A stretch of 64,000 nt of DNA, taken from positions 27,680 to 91,679 of the forward strand of contig JBBQAJ010000001.1 of assembly GCA_038316195.1 (NCBI GenBank), in the 5' to 3' direction. Below are positions 48,860-58,559 of this stretch, piece by piece. A program made the position numbers and the translations under genes. This DNA is from Candidatus Saccharimonadales bacterium (GTDB lineage: Bacteria > Patescibacteriota > Saccharimonadia > Saccharimonadales > JBBQAJ01). Each line of letters begins with the position of its first letter. Within the stretch, counting starts at the first letter, position 1. Under the pieces are notes generated by a model, which was not told the origin of the DNA, did no database searches, and saw only the letters and a program-made list of their open reading frames with translations.

Positions 48860-50332
48860 TCATACCATTATTGATCGAATATTCTTTAATCTGGATGTAC
48901 GTTCTGACTGTATCTTTTCATGCAATTCGAATTCATGATTTTCTATCCAGGAAAACGGAGCTTGTGCTAGACTACCTATTTTTGCAATCAAAGCAGCGTG
49001 GCGCAATCCTTTACTTGTATTTGGAAATCGAGAACCGGTTGCTAAATCAAAAAGTTGAGATCCTCCAAGTAATCCTGTAGCGACTTTACCCGAGACTATT
49101 GATTTTGTGTCAATTCCGCGATGACTAAATGGCCTACGTAATGCCAACATACCAACGTCTCGGGCAACAGGAATAAGCGCTTCAAGTATACTTATTGATT
49201 CTAGAGGAACTAGGGTGAATATATCAGTTATTGCTGATTCAATATGGTCAATATTTTGATCTATGAAACCACCTTTTTCGGTTGCACCGTCTTTATGAGC
49301 TCTGGCAGCTGGTCCATCAGTTACATCTGTCAAAATATTGAGTACCTTAAGACCTGCAGAAATTTTGCGAATCGTTTCAGTATCTAGCTCGCTTTTATTT
49401 AAAGCAATTAAGCCCGCCGCTATAGCCAACCGTGAATAGGTTAGCCAGTCTGCTGTTGTTCGGCCGTGTTCATGTAAGTAGGCTTTTAATTTTTCGGCCG
49501 GTTGTTCACTATAGTAATCAATCGCACCCTTAACCAAATTTAATGTTCTTGTATACACTGGTTCTTTTAATTGCGCTAATTGTTCCGGTGACAGTGGGAT
49601 GTCTTCAACCCCCAAACCAACAATTTTGTCTTTGCCATCAGGCATAGATTCTTCGTGAAAAAGTTCCGTAACGGTTGCCAAAGAATCCACACCCAGTGCT
49701 TCACCTAAAACAGGGCCTAACTGATCTCGGACTGATGGAGTAAGCAACATATGTGCCCGAATTCTCATGATAGACTCAAAGGGATCACGTATTAATTTGT
49801 CGCCAATGTGTCTGTTTTCACCAAATGGCCTTGTCCAGCCCAGATGTTTAACGCCCGAAAATCTTCCAGAGCGAATCCCTGCAGAAGCCTTATCATCAAC
49901 AATTCCCATTTGATTTGGATCAACCTGAAAATAATTTTCGGCTTGAAATACCATATACGGACTTGGTTTTCGTCTTTTACTATCACTTGGAAAAAATATT
50001 CGATCGGCTCCTACTTGATCACCCCATCCTGCCAATAACGCTCTATCAATTTCGTCATTGACACGAAAGTTAGATAAAAGAGCTACATTTTCAATTCCTG
50101 CTTCACGAGCTTCTTGAATCCATGCTACATGTTCAGGAACTATTTCTGCGACGCCTGTTTCACACAATGTAGCTTCAGCGTCTAAAAGTAGTGTATTTAC
50201 ACCTTCCTCAACCCATTGAAGTATATCAATATCTGTAATTCTATAATGCGGTGGCTCAGTTGGAAGATATACATCCCAATACCCATTGACTGGTGCCGTT
50301 TCGGCAGACGCATTACTCAAAACTATCTCCAA
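48860..50332 (-). CDS. Predicted fusion: YqeG/Gep4-family HAD-IIIA phosphatase (N) + CDP-alcohol phosphatidyltransferase (C)
   Basis: N-terminal domain: DIDILQWVEEGVNTLLLDAEATL (HAD motif I, DxE variant), ALLSN (motif II), RRKPSPYMVF (motif III), GIVDD / IGDKLIRD (motif IV). C-terminal domain: 5-6 hydrophobic helices and DVTDGPAARAHKDGATEKGGFIDQNID, which fits D-x2-DG-x2-AR-x9-G-x3-D-x3-D. Confidence 0.5.
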   Translation of the reverse strand: MEIVLSNASAETAPVNGYWDVYLPTEPPHYRITDIDILQWVEEGVNTLLLDAEATLCETGVAEIVPEHVAWIQEAREAGIENVALLSNFRVNDEIDRALLAGWGDQVGADRIFFPSDSKRRKPSPYMVFQAENYFQVDPNQMGIVDDKASAGIRSGRFSGVKHLGWTRPFGENRHIGDKLIRDPFESIMRIRAHMLLTPSVRDQLGPVLGEALGVDSLATVTELFHEESMPDGKDKIVGLGVEDIPLSPEQLAQLKEPVYTRTLNLVKGAIDYYSEQPAEKLKAYLHEHGRTTADWLTYSRLAIAAGLIALNKSELDTETIRKISAGLKVLNILTDVTDGPAARAHKDGATEKGGFIDQNIDHIESAITDIFTLVPLESISILEALIPVARDVGMLALRRPFSHRGIDTKSIVSGKVATGLLGGSQLFDLATGSRFPNTSKGLRHAALIAKIGSLAQAPFSWIENHEFELHEKIQSERTSRLKNIRSIMV

Positions 50333-50379
50333 GATTATTAAGAGTTATTATAACATAGAATAGTTCTAGTAGCTAGATC

Positions 50380-51381
50380 TCAGAATTTTTCGGGCTTATA
50401 CCAGTCTGGGGCTTTTTTGAGTAATTCGCCAATTTCGTGTTCTGTCAGCAATCCTTCTTGGGCTCCCGTATGTTGCACAACATTCATGGAGTTAATTGGG
50501 GCCCATTGCAGCGCTCCTTCAATATTATTACCCTGTATAAGAGCTGCAACAAAAGTACTGGCAAATGCATCCCCTGCCCCTGTTCGCTCAAATGGAGGTG
50601 CTGGATCTGGGTATGGTGGCATTTTGTATTTGTTGGTACCGTCAGATGCATATGCACCTGACGGTCCATCTGTTACACATACTATCTTTGGACCGTAGCT
50701 ATGTAGAGCGTTAATTAATCCGTGAACATCATCATAATTTGCACCAGTTACCTGAACTGCCTCTTCTCGGTTTAATACTAAAACTTCTGTTCGACCATAA
50801 AGTCTTTTTAATTTCTCAACTCCAGCCTCAAGTTGGTATGTTCCAGGTTGAAATGCTAGTTTTACTTCAGGATTTTCTTCTAACCAATCCTCTACAAAAT
50901 CGTGATATTTTTCTAGACTGTTTTTGCTTATAGAACTAAAATAAACCCATTCTGGTATATCAATTTCTCGAAATCTTGGCCAGTGATAATCATATTCTTC
51001 ATGCTTAATAAGAATAGTTCGTTCTTCTTTGTACCAAAGCACGTAATGATAGTTCGTAGACTTGTTTGGATTTACAATAACCATACGACTATCAACCTTT
51101 TTGTCATGCAGGGCTTTCAGAATATCCCTACCGTGACTGTCGCCACCCACGTTAGAAATCAAACCACTTTTAATTCCAAATTTGGCAAAGCTAACTGCTG
51201 CGTTTGCGGCATTCCCGACAGCTTCAATGACTGTTGCATGATCAAATGGTACTTTGGTGCCGAAAGGCATTGCCAGATATTTGATACCGTCTTTTTCAAA
51301 AGTATGCGCTCGGTCATCAAGTAGTTTAATAAATGCGTCAGTAACTACATCACCAATTGCCAAAACTTCTATTTCACTCAA
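50380..51381 (-). CDS. PfkB-family carbohydrate/polyol kinase (ribokinase superfamily)
   Basis: N-terminal GD dipeptide (AIGDVV), AVGNAANAA, and C-terminal GAGDAFASTFVAAL. Confidence 0.75.
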   Translation of the reverse strand: MSEIEVLAIGDVVTDAFIKLLDDRAHTFEKDGIKYLAMPFGTKVPFDHATVIEAVGNAANAAVSFAKFGIKSGLISNVGGDSHGRDILKALHDKKVDSRMVIVNPNKSTNYHYVLWYKEERTILIKHEEYDYHWPRFREIDIPEWVYFSSISKNSLEKYHDFVEDWLEENPEVKLAFQPGTYQLEAGVEKLKRLYGRTEVLVLNREEAVQVTGANYDDVHGLINALHSYGPKIVCVTDGPSGAYASDGTNKYKMPPYPDPAPPFERTGAGDAFASTFVAALIQGNNIEGALQWAPINSMNVVQHTGAQEGLLTEHEIGELLKKAPDWYKPEKF

Positions 51382-51468
51382 TTTACCACCCCACTTTTTT
51401 ACTTATGCTTATTCTATCATATTTACAAACAGACTCGCTATGCTCGCAAATACACGTATGCTAAAGTA

Positions 51469-51918
51469 TTGTTAATGCTGGCAACAAACCATGCTCTGTC
51501 TGGAGCTTTAATCGGTGCTTTTCTACCCCTACCATTAGCCTTGCCAGTAGCATTTGCGTCGCATTTTGTTTTAGATGCATTACCACATTATGGCATTCCT
51601 CTAGATCAAAGAAATAAATCTTCCACATATAGGGCAATTGTATACACCGATATTTTTGTTGCACTTTCAATTGCGATGATTGCGATTGTATTTCGTAAAT
51701 GGAATATGGAAATAGTCGGCTGGACTGCATATAGTCCGGATGTTATCTGGGTACAGCATTATTACAAGCAAAACCGAACTTTACACATCGAGACTAAAAA
51801 TAAATTCATGGAATTTCACAGAAAAATTCAACTTTTTGAACGTCCATGGGGTATTTTGGTCGAAATAACTACTATCGCAGTTTTATTGCCACTTTTTGTT
51901 GTTCAACTTTTGAAATAA
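51469..51918 (+). CDS. DUF457/YdjM-like membrane-bound metal-dependent hydrolase (149 aa), paralog of 1305..1754
   Basis: NHALSGALIG, SHFVLDALPHYG, and KIQLFERPWGILVEIT align with the other copy. Confidence 0.5.
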   Translation: MLMLATNHALSGALIGAFLPLPLALPVAFASHFVLDALPHYGIPLDQRNKSSTYRAIVYTDIFVALSIAMIAIVFRKWNMEIVGWTAYSPDVIWVQHYYKQNRTLHIETKNKFMEFHRKIQLFERPWGILVEITTIAVLLPLFVVQLLK

Positions 51919-51987
51919 ATTGATCGTGATTGGATTCTACACAGCCTAACTTAATTACCCTTGTGTGCTTGGGTTGATAATCTAAGC

Positions 51988-52956
51988 TTAGTTAAATGCT
52001 TCATCATCAATAGGTTTTTTGCCAACAGAGTTAAAAGCACCACCAATAATTTGCGCTTTCCCTGCAGCGTTGAACATGTCTATTTTTTCTTCTACGACTT
52101 CTTGCACAGCATCTATAACTTTGTCCATTAGTTTTACTACTGCATATTCTGATTTGTTTTCAGCCAAAACTTGTTCTAACGTATTTCTAAAAGCTATCCT
52201 TAAATCTGTATTAATATTTACTTTGCTAACTCCTACATGTGTGGCAGATTTAAAATAATGACCAGGCGTACCACTACCTCCATGTAGGCTAATGTTGCAG
52301 TTTAAAACTTCCCTAACTTCAGAGAGTAGATCCAAATCTAGTTTTTTTGGTACTGGAAATTTGCCATGTAAATTGCCCACAGCAGCTGCAAAAGTATCAA
52401 TACCTGTGGCCTCAACAAAAGATCTAGCGCCTTCGGGTGTGCTGAAAGTTTTTTTGATTTCTTCGTAATCTATAGCTTCCTTGTGCAAATTACTACCACC
52501 ACCAAAATAGTGAGGTTCACTTTCTACCGAGGCACCTGTAAGTCTTGCATATTCTACAACTTGGCGAGTTTCAACAATAATTTCTTCCATACTGGCATCT
52601 TTACGCGCCTGCGAAATATCTATGTGTATGAACTCAAATCCTGCCTCAATGCCGGCTATAGAACCCGCAACAGTAGGACTATGATCTAAATTTAAATATA
52701 ATTCCACGCCATATTCTTCAATATAGTTGTCTACCATATCACGAATGTTTTCAAGACCAAGAGCATCTACTTCTCCCTGACTTGCTTGTATTATCACGGG
52801 AGCATTTTTTTTAGCAGTTGCTCTTACGATTGCTATCAAAGTTTCTTGATTATCAATGTTAAATGCGCCAAGTGCAAAATGTTCTGAGCGTGCCCTGAAC
52901 ATAGCTTCCCGAGCTCGCTTACTATTTTGTCTCATTTGGTTAAGAGTTGAAGACAT
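51988..52956 (-). CDS. fba: Class II fructose-/tagatose-bisphosphate aldolase
   Basis: LNLDHSPT (HLDH-type), GFEFIHIDIS, and LHGGSGTP motifs. Confidence 0.8.
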   Translation of the reverse strand: MSSTLNQMRQNSKRAREAMFRARSEHFALGAFNIDNQETLIAIVRATAKKNAPVIIQASQGEVDALGLENIRDMVDNYIEEYGVELYLNLDHSPTVAGSIAGIEAGFEFIHIDISQARKDASMEEIIVETRQVVEYARLTGASVESEPHYFGGGSNLHKEAIDYEEIKKTFSTPEGARSFVEATGIDTFAAAVGNLHGKFPVPKKLDLDLLSEVREVLNCNISLHGGSGTPGHYFKSATHVGVSKVNINTDLRIAFRNTLEQVLAENKSEYAVVKLMDKVIDAVQEVVEEKIDMFNAAGKAQIIGGAFNSVGKKPIDDEAFN

Positions 52957-53019
52957 AAGAACTATTATTGTAACTGGTTATGCTTGTAGGAAGCAAATTA
53001 TGTATATTAATTAATCCGG

Positions 53020-54021
53020 CTATTTTGTTTTTTTAATGTATACAGGTTTTTTATCAACGACAATATGTGCAGCTAATATAATGTGTTTTGATGTAAGCCC
53101 AAAATGTTCGAGTAATTCGCTCGGATCGCCAGATTCACCAAACCGATCTTTGACTCCCACTCTACGCATTGGAACTGGAAATTCTTCAGCTAATAGCTCA
53201 GCAACTGCGCCACCCAACCCTCCATTAATTTGGCCTTCCTCGACTGTTACAACTGCCCTTGTTTTACGTACACTTTCCAAAATAGTGTAGCTATCAAGCG
53301 GCTTTATAGTTGGACAGTGTATAACTTCCGCATCGATTCCAGTTTTGAATAACCGTTCAGCCGCCACAAGCGCCTGGTAGGTCATAGTTCCTGTGGAAAT
53401 AATTGTCACGTCAATGCCAGGAGCAAAAACGTAAGCTTTACCAATTTCAAAAGGAGTTTTTTCTGAAGTAATTACTGGGATAGGTTCTCTTGCGAGTCTC
53501 ATGTAGTTTGGTCTTGAATCTTCTGCCATGGCAATTGTCATTTTTTCAGCTTCTAAACTATCTGACGGCGCCAGTACAACCATGTTCGGAAGTGCTCGCA
53601 TAAGTGCAATATCCTCTAGCATCTGATGTGTTGCTCCGTCTTTACCAGTATATAGTCCTGCGTGAGACCCAATAACTTTAACTGGCAAGTCATTCAAGCA
53701 AATAGTTGTTCGTATTTGTTCCCAGTTGCGCCCAGGACTAAATGCAGCGTAACTGCTTACAAAGGGTATTTTGCCCATTGCTGCCAACCCAGAACCAACC
53801 GTAACTAGATTTTGCTCAGCAACGCCTACTTGTACAAATCTATCAGGAAAGGCGTCTCTAAATAAGCTTATCTGCGTCGAATCGGTTAAGTCGGCGCATG
53901 CTGCAACAACATTAATATTTCGTCTGCCAGCTTCCAATAAACCTTTTCCAAACCCTTTACGATTTGGCTCTAAAGCGATATCTCTACCCAATATATCAGA
54001 AATTAAATGCAAATCTGTCAT
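53020..54021 (-). CDS. Transketolase, C-terminal (pyrimidine-binding) subunit
   Basis: Split-tkt architecture. A pyr-binding domain plus a C-terminal domain. Confidence 0.85.
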   Translation of the reverse strand: MTDLHLISDILGRDIALEPNRKGFGKGLLEAGRRNINVVAACADLTDSTQISLFRDAFPDRFVQVGVAEQNLVTVGSGLAAMGKIPFVSSYAAFSPGRNWEQIRTTICLNDLPVKVIGSHAGLYTGKDGATHQMLEDIALMRALPNMVVLAPSDSLEAEKMTIAMAEDSRPNYMRLAREPIPVITSEKTPFEIGKAYVFAPGIDVTIISTGTMTYQALVAAERLFKTGIDAEVIHCPTIKPLDSYTILESVRKTRAVVTVEEGQINGGLGGAVAELLAEEFPVPMRRVGVKDRFGESGDPSELLEHFGLTSKHIILAAHIVVDKKPVYIKKTK

Positions 54022-54153
54022 TTTACCTCCACCAATGAGTAAGTCAATGACTCGAGTATACTGGACTTAACTAGAGATTTCTTCGAATTATCCTGACTCG
54101 TGTACGTGAATCCAAAGATGAAATAATGCGTTTCTAAATATAATTGCAAAAAA

Positions 54154-55011
54154 CTATTCATGTTCACTCTTTATCTTTCCCCCAAGAGTTCGCAGTTCAT
54201 GTAGTGCTTTTATAGCTTGTTCATGATTTGGTTGAGTACCATGCCAGTGAAAATCATATTCCATGAAGTCAACACCTTTACCTGGAATAGTGTGTGCTAT
54301 TATCATCGTCGGTTTCTCAACAATCGCCCTACCCATGGCAAAAGCATCAATAATAGCCTCCATATTATTTCCGTCAATCTCAAGAACATGCCATCCAAAT
54401 GCTTCCCACTTATCTTTGAAATCTTCTAGGGGCATAACTGATTCAGTTGGACCATCAATCTGTATATTGTTTCTATCTGTAATTGCAATTATATTATTTA
54501 AATTGTACTTACTTCCTAGCATTGCAGCTTCCCAAACATTGCCTTCATCCTGTTCGCCATCACCCATGACAACATATATCCATCTGTGAGTCGCTTTATC
54601 CATTCGCATAGCTAAGGCCATTCCACACGCTTGACTAAGCCCACATCCTAAGGGTCCACTAGTGTTTTCTAAGCCAGGTAATTTTTTTCGTTCAGGATGA
54701 CCCTGGAGTCGCGACCCAAACTCACGTAGAGTCATGAGTTCTTTTCTATCGAAGTATCCTGCATTTGCCATAGCCGCATATTGAACTGGCACACAATGCC
54801 CATTACTAAGAAGTATTATGTCTCTATCTTCCCAGTTGGGTTTTTTTGGATCGTGTTTCATCACGTCAAAATAGAGAGCAGTGAAAATATCCGCAAGTCC
54901 CATAGGACCAGCACTGTGCCCACTTTTGGCATGCTCCAACATTTTGATAATGTCTTCGCGAATTGTATTTGCCTTTAGTTCTAACTCTTCAATTGTCATT
55001 TTATTCATCAT
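54154..55011 (-). CDS. Transketolase, N-terminal (TPP-binding) subunit
   Basis: GHSAGPMG and GDGEQDEGNVWEA TPP motifs. Confidence 0.85.
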   Translation of the reverse strand: MMNKMTIEELELKANTIREDIIKMLEHAKSGHSAGPMGLADIFTALYFDVMKHDPKKPNWEDRDIILLSNGHCVPVQYAAMANAGYFDRKELMTLREFGSRLQGHPERKKLPGLENTSGPLGCGLSQACGMALAMRMDKATHRWIYVVMGDGEQDEGNVWEAAMLGSKYNLNNIIAITDRNNIQIDGPTESVMPLEDFKDKWEAFGWHVLEIDGNNMEAIIDAFAMGRAIVEKPTMIIAHTIPGKGVDFMEYDFHWHGTQPNHEQAIKALHELRTLGGKIKSEHE

Positions 55012-55021
55012 ATAACCACAC

Positions 55022-55651
55022 TTAAGATATTACTGATAACAGTTTATCATAAGCGTTTTTGGGATTTTCTGATTTTTGTACATATCCACCTACGTTTAAA
55101 ACGTCTACTCCACCATCGACAAGTTGTTTGGCGTTATGATAATTTATCCCACCGTCCCAAGCTATTTCAACATCCGGATGATGGTCAATGGCTTTTTGCA
55201 CTTTATCAAGAAGTCCTAGATCGGCTTCACCCCCGTGATAACCTAAATTTCCACTAAATATTAATACTTGATCAAAACTGTGCATAATTTGATAGGCGTT
55301 TTCAATGGGCGTGTTTTGTAAAATCGCCAAACCCACTAATATTCCGGCTTTGTGAAGCTCTCCGGCAAAATGCATGTGATGTAGTTCGGATTCATTATGA
55401 ACTATAACCATTCTTGGATTCATTTTTATAAGTTTTTCAACATAGTCCATTGGCTTTTTGTACATCAAGTGTATATCTGCCTGCACATGATGAGGCCACC
55501 AAATTTCGTCCAAGCTAGGTGACACAGAAGGAGCAAAATCTCCATCCATCAAGTCTATATGAACTCTATTTGTAAATGGAGCCACTCTCTCAATCTGTGT
55601 TCGATATTCATGAGGATCAAATGCAGTTACAGTGGGGCAAATTACAGCCAT
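55022..55651 (-). CDS. rpe: Ribulose-phosphate 3-epimerase
   Basis: HIDLMDGDFAPS and DGGINYHNAKQLVDGGVDVLNVGG. The start overlaps the rpiB stop (TGATG). Confidence 0.75.
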   Translation of the reverse strand: MAVICPTVTAFDPHEYRTQIERVAPFTNRVHIDLMDGDFAPSVSPSLDEIWWPHHVQADIHLMYKKPMDYVEKLIKMNPRMVIVHNESELHHMHFAGELHKAGILVGLAILQNTPIENAYQIMHSFDQVLIFSGNLGYHGGEADLGLLDKVQKAIDHHPDVEIAWDGGINYHNAKQLVDGGVDVLNVGGYVQKSENPKNAYDKLLSVIS

Positions 55652-56145
55652 CAGCTTGTTTCATCTATTTTTTTAATTCTTCGCGAGTGTCTTTCTACGC
55701 CAGAAAAAGGTGACTCAAGCCATATTGAAACTACTTTTCTGATTTCTTCTTGAGTTAAAAATCTTGCTGCCAGACTTAACATATTGGCGTTATTATGCTC
55801 CTTACTAAGTCTTACTATTTCATATTCATCATCAGCAAATTTTCCCTCTACATCAACGGCTCCAGGTGGGATTGCTGGACCATAATATAGAGCACACCTA
55901 ACACCTTTTACTCTATTTGCTGCCATTGCTTCGCCCTGCCCACTACTGCCCATTATTATCCCGTATTCTACTTCGCCATTTGAAACAGACTTAGCTGCTG
56001 GAAAAATAAAATCTGGATAATCATCATCTGGGTCAAAAGTTTTTGGTCCAAAATCTATTACCTGATGTCCCTGTTGTTCAAGGAAAGTTTTTAGTGATTT
56101 CAATGCCTCATATCCAGCATGATCAGTACTAAGCGCAATATTCAT
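55651..56145 (-). CDS. rpiB: Ribose-5-phosphate isomerase B
   Basis: MNIALSTDHAGYELK..., GIIMGSSGQGEAMAANR. Confidence 0.85.
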   Translation of the reverse strand: MNIALSTDHAGYEALKSLKTFLEQQGHQVIDFGPKTFDPDDDYPDFIFPAAKSVSNGEVEYGIIMGSSGQGEAMAANRVKGVRCALYYGPAIPPGAVDVEGKFADDEYEIVRLSKEHNNANMLSLAARFLTQEEIRKVVSIWLESPFSGVERHSRRIKKIDETS

Positions 56146-56262
56146 AATTACACTGTAGCATAAGCAAGTATTTTGAATCCAGGATAGCCTATAGTTGTTT
56201 GTGTTGAATTGATCAACTGTAGTGGTGGGTTAAAGTGGTTGATTGATGTAAAATGAAAGGAA

Positions 56263-57303
56263 CTACTCGTGGTGTGAAGTATGGTCAACTTTATCATGCA
56301 AAGCTTTGCCCAAATCAGCTACAACTTCTACCAAACGATTGCTATAGCCCCATTCATTATCATACCAAGCTACTACCTTTAGCATGTTCCCACCGACAAC
56401 TGCTGTCAGCTTTGTATCTACTATTGCAGAGTGGCTATTTCCAATGAAATCACTACTTACTAATTCTTCTTCTGTTATGTCTAATATACCCTGGTAAAAT
56501 GGTTCGTTTGCTGATTTTTTGAAAACTTCATTTACCTGCTCAACTGTAACGCTTTTCTTGGTAATAATCACAAAATCACTTAGTGATACAACTGGGGTTG
56601 GTACTCGTATACTTAGGCCACCAAAAATTCCCTGAAGAGCAGGTAGTGCTTGTCCTGCTGCTATTGATGCTCCAGTTGTTGTCGGAACAATGTTTTCAGC
56701 AGCAGAACGTGCCTCGCGTAAGTCTTTAGCTGGTGCGTCCTGAAGTTTTTGACTTGCTGTATAGCTATGAATTGTTGTCATCATAGCTTTTTCAATACCA
56801 AAGTGACTTTCTATAATTGCCGCAACAGGCGTAATGCAATTGGTAGTACAAGATGCGTTGCTTATTATATCTTCTGCTTTATCTAAAATATCTTCATTTA
56901 CTCCAAGTACGATTGTTGTAGCTCCTTCACCCTTCGCAGGTGCGCTAATAACAACTTTGTGCGCGCCTGCATCTATGTGTGCGCGTGCTTTTGATGGATC
57001 AACAAAGAAACCTGTTGACTCTATTACGACATCTATTTTAAGATCTTTCCACGGCAAAGCAGATGGCTCTTTTTCTGCAAGAACTATTATGTGTTTACCG
57101 TTTACGATAATATTTGAAGCATCGGATTTAACATCATGTTGATAAGTTCCATAATTACTGTCATGTTTTAATAAATGAGCCAGAGTTTTAGTGTCAGTCA
57201 AATCGTTAATAGCAACTACCTCACAGTCAGTTCTGTCAAATGCGACCTTGAAGGCATTACGGCCTATTCGTCCAAATCCATTAATTGCAACACGTGTTTT
57301 CAT
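56263..57303 (-). CDS. gap: Glyceraldehyde-3-phosphate dehydrogenase
   Basis: INGFGRIGR N-terminus, active-site SCTTNC. Confidence 0.9.
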   Translation of the reverse strand: MKTRVAINGFGRIGRNAFKVAFDRTDCEVVAINDLTDTKTLAHLLKHDSNYGTYQHDVKSDASNIIVNGKHIIVLAEKEPSALPWKDLKIDVVIESTGFFVDPSKARAHIDAGAHKVVISAPAKGEGATTIVLGVNEDILDKAEDIISNASCTTNCITPVAAIIESHFGIEKAMMTTIHSYTASQKLQDAPAKDLREARSAAENIVPTTTGASIAAGQALPALQGIFGGLSIRVPTPVVSLSDFVIITKKSVTVEQVNEVFKKSANEPFYQGILDITEEELVSSDFIGNSHSAIVDTKLTAVVGGNMLKVVAWYDNEWGYSNRLVEVVADLGKALHDKVDHTSHHE

Positions 57304-57374
57304 ATTATTACCACCCCTTTATAAGCTTTAGCTATTAGTAACATTGTACGGTGCAACTAACTCAAGTGCAATAT

Positions 57375-57962
57375 TTATCTATCAACACTTGTTCCGTGAA
57401 ATTCTGGCATATCAACCAAATCTTGAATTGAATTTTGTTTTATAAATATATTCCTTTCCTCCTTTATGAAATTCTTGTCAGCTTGAGTCATTTTCTTAAC
57501 CTCTTCAAAAGTTTTTAGTTTTGGGGTAATTTTTTCACCAGGATCAATAGATGTTGCGCCTTTATTTTTTATTCCCCAAGCTACAAAAACGTGTACAAAC
57601 CATTCAATCTTTGGGTGAGGTTGCCTCACTTCAATTAGTTTCCAATTATCAAATTCGTAACCAACTTCTTCTTTTGTTTCACGCTTGATTGCATCCAAAA
57701 CATTATCGTCCATATCAGCACGTCCACCTGGGAATGAAACTGAACTTCCACTATGTGGTTGCTGCTCTTCGATAACAAGAATCTTACCGTTAATTATACA
57801 AATTGCTTCTGTTGTGTCAGGCCGTTTTAACATTTCCCATGTCGCCATTGAGCCATCAAATCTAGTAAGTTGCCATTGATAAACATCGAAAATTACACCT
57901 TCAAAAACTTTTTCAGCAACATCAGGAACTAAAACCGCATCAATGGGAATAAACTTTTTCAT
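57375..57962 (-). CDS. Nudix hydrolase
   Basis: Nudix box GGRADMDDNVLDAIKRETKEEVG. Confidence 0.6.
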   Translation of the reverse strand: MKKFIPIDAVLVPDVAEKVFEGVIFDVYQWQLTRFDGSMATWEMLKRPDTTEAICIINGKILVIEEQQPHSGSSVSFPGGRADMDDNVLDAIKRETKEEVGYEFDNWKLIEVRQPHPKIEWFVHVFVAWGIKNKGATSIDPGEKITPKLKTFEEVKKMTQADKNFIKEERNIFIKQNSIQDLVDMPEFHGTSVDR

Positions 57963-58559
57963 CTAAGCTTCTTTTTTGTATCGTTCGACGCATTCTACTA
58001 TGATTTTTTTGGCATCTTCAACGCCGCTCCAGCCTAATACCTTTGTACTTCCAGGTTTCTTGAGATCTTTGTAATGATTAAAGTGATGCTCTATTTTTTG
58101 CTTCCACTGATCATGGAGGTCTTCTAGAGAAACAAGGGCATCACCGGTGTTTAGATCATCGGCGGGCACTATCACGATTTTGTGGTCCATTTCACCGTCA
58201 TCTTCAAAATTCAAAACTCCCAATACTTTTCCTTTTAAATAAACTCCGGTAGGGATTGGGTCGTTTGTCAATACTAGGGTATCCAGCTCGTCGCCATCTT
58301 CGTCTAATGTTTGAGGTATAAATCCGTAATTGCATGGCTTGGCAAAAATACTAGGCTCAACTCTGTCTAGTTCAAATATTGCAAGTTTTCTGTTCCATTC
58401 TATTTTTAGAGTAGACCATTTTGGTATTTCTATTACTGTGTTTATAACACCTCCAACAACATCGCCGGCATCTAAAATTTTGTTAAAATCAGCCAATTTA
58501 TAGTCTCCGTTTACTTCTTTGATATTGTACACTATATACGAATGAAAATAATTGGTCAC
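57963..58559 (-). CDS. ppa: Inorganic pyrophosphatase (family I)
   Basis: VIEIPKWS..KIEW, DGDELDTLVL. The 5' end overlaps the divergent 58542 start by 18 nt, so the true start may be an internal GTG/TTG. Confidence 0.85.
   Translation of the reverse strand: MTNYFHSYIVYNIKEVNGDYKLADFNKILDAGDVVGGVINTVIEIPKWSTLKIEWNRKLAIFELDRVEPSIFAKPCNYGFIPQTLDEDGDELDTLVLTNDPIPTGVYLKGKVLGVLNFEDDGEMDHKIVIVPADDLNTGDALVSLEDLHDQWKQKIEHHFNHYKDLKKPGSTKVLGWSGVEDAKKIIVECVERYKKEA

Noticed and set aside
54022-54153. 132-bp spacer between the two transketolase halves as a possible pseudogenised fusion linker
   Set aside because: Both halves are intact and full-length with their own starts. Split transketolase is a well-known arrangement. 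The spacer showed nothing beyond AT-rich sequence.
58542-58559. Overlap of divergent ppa and GDPD starts as a regulatory oddity
   Set aside because: Most likely a start-codon calling issue: ppa probably initiates at an internal GTG/TTG. It is not a true coding overlap.
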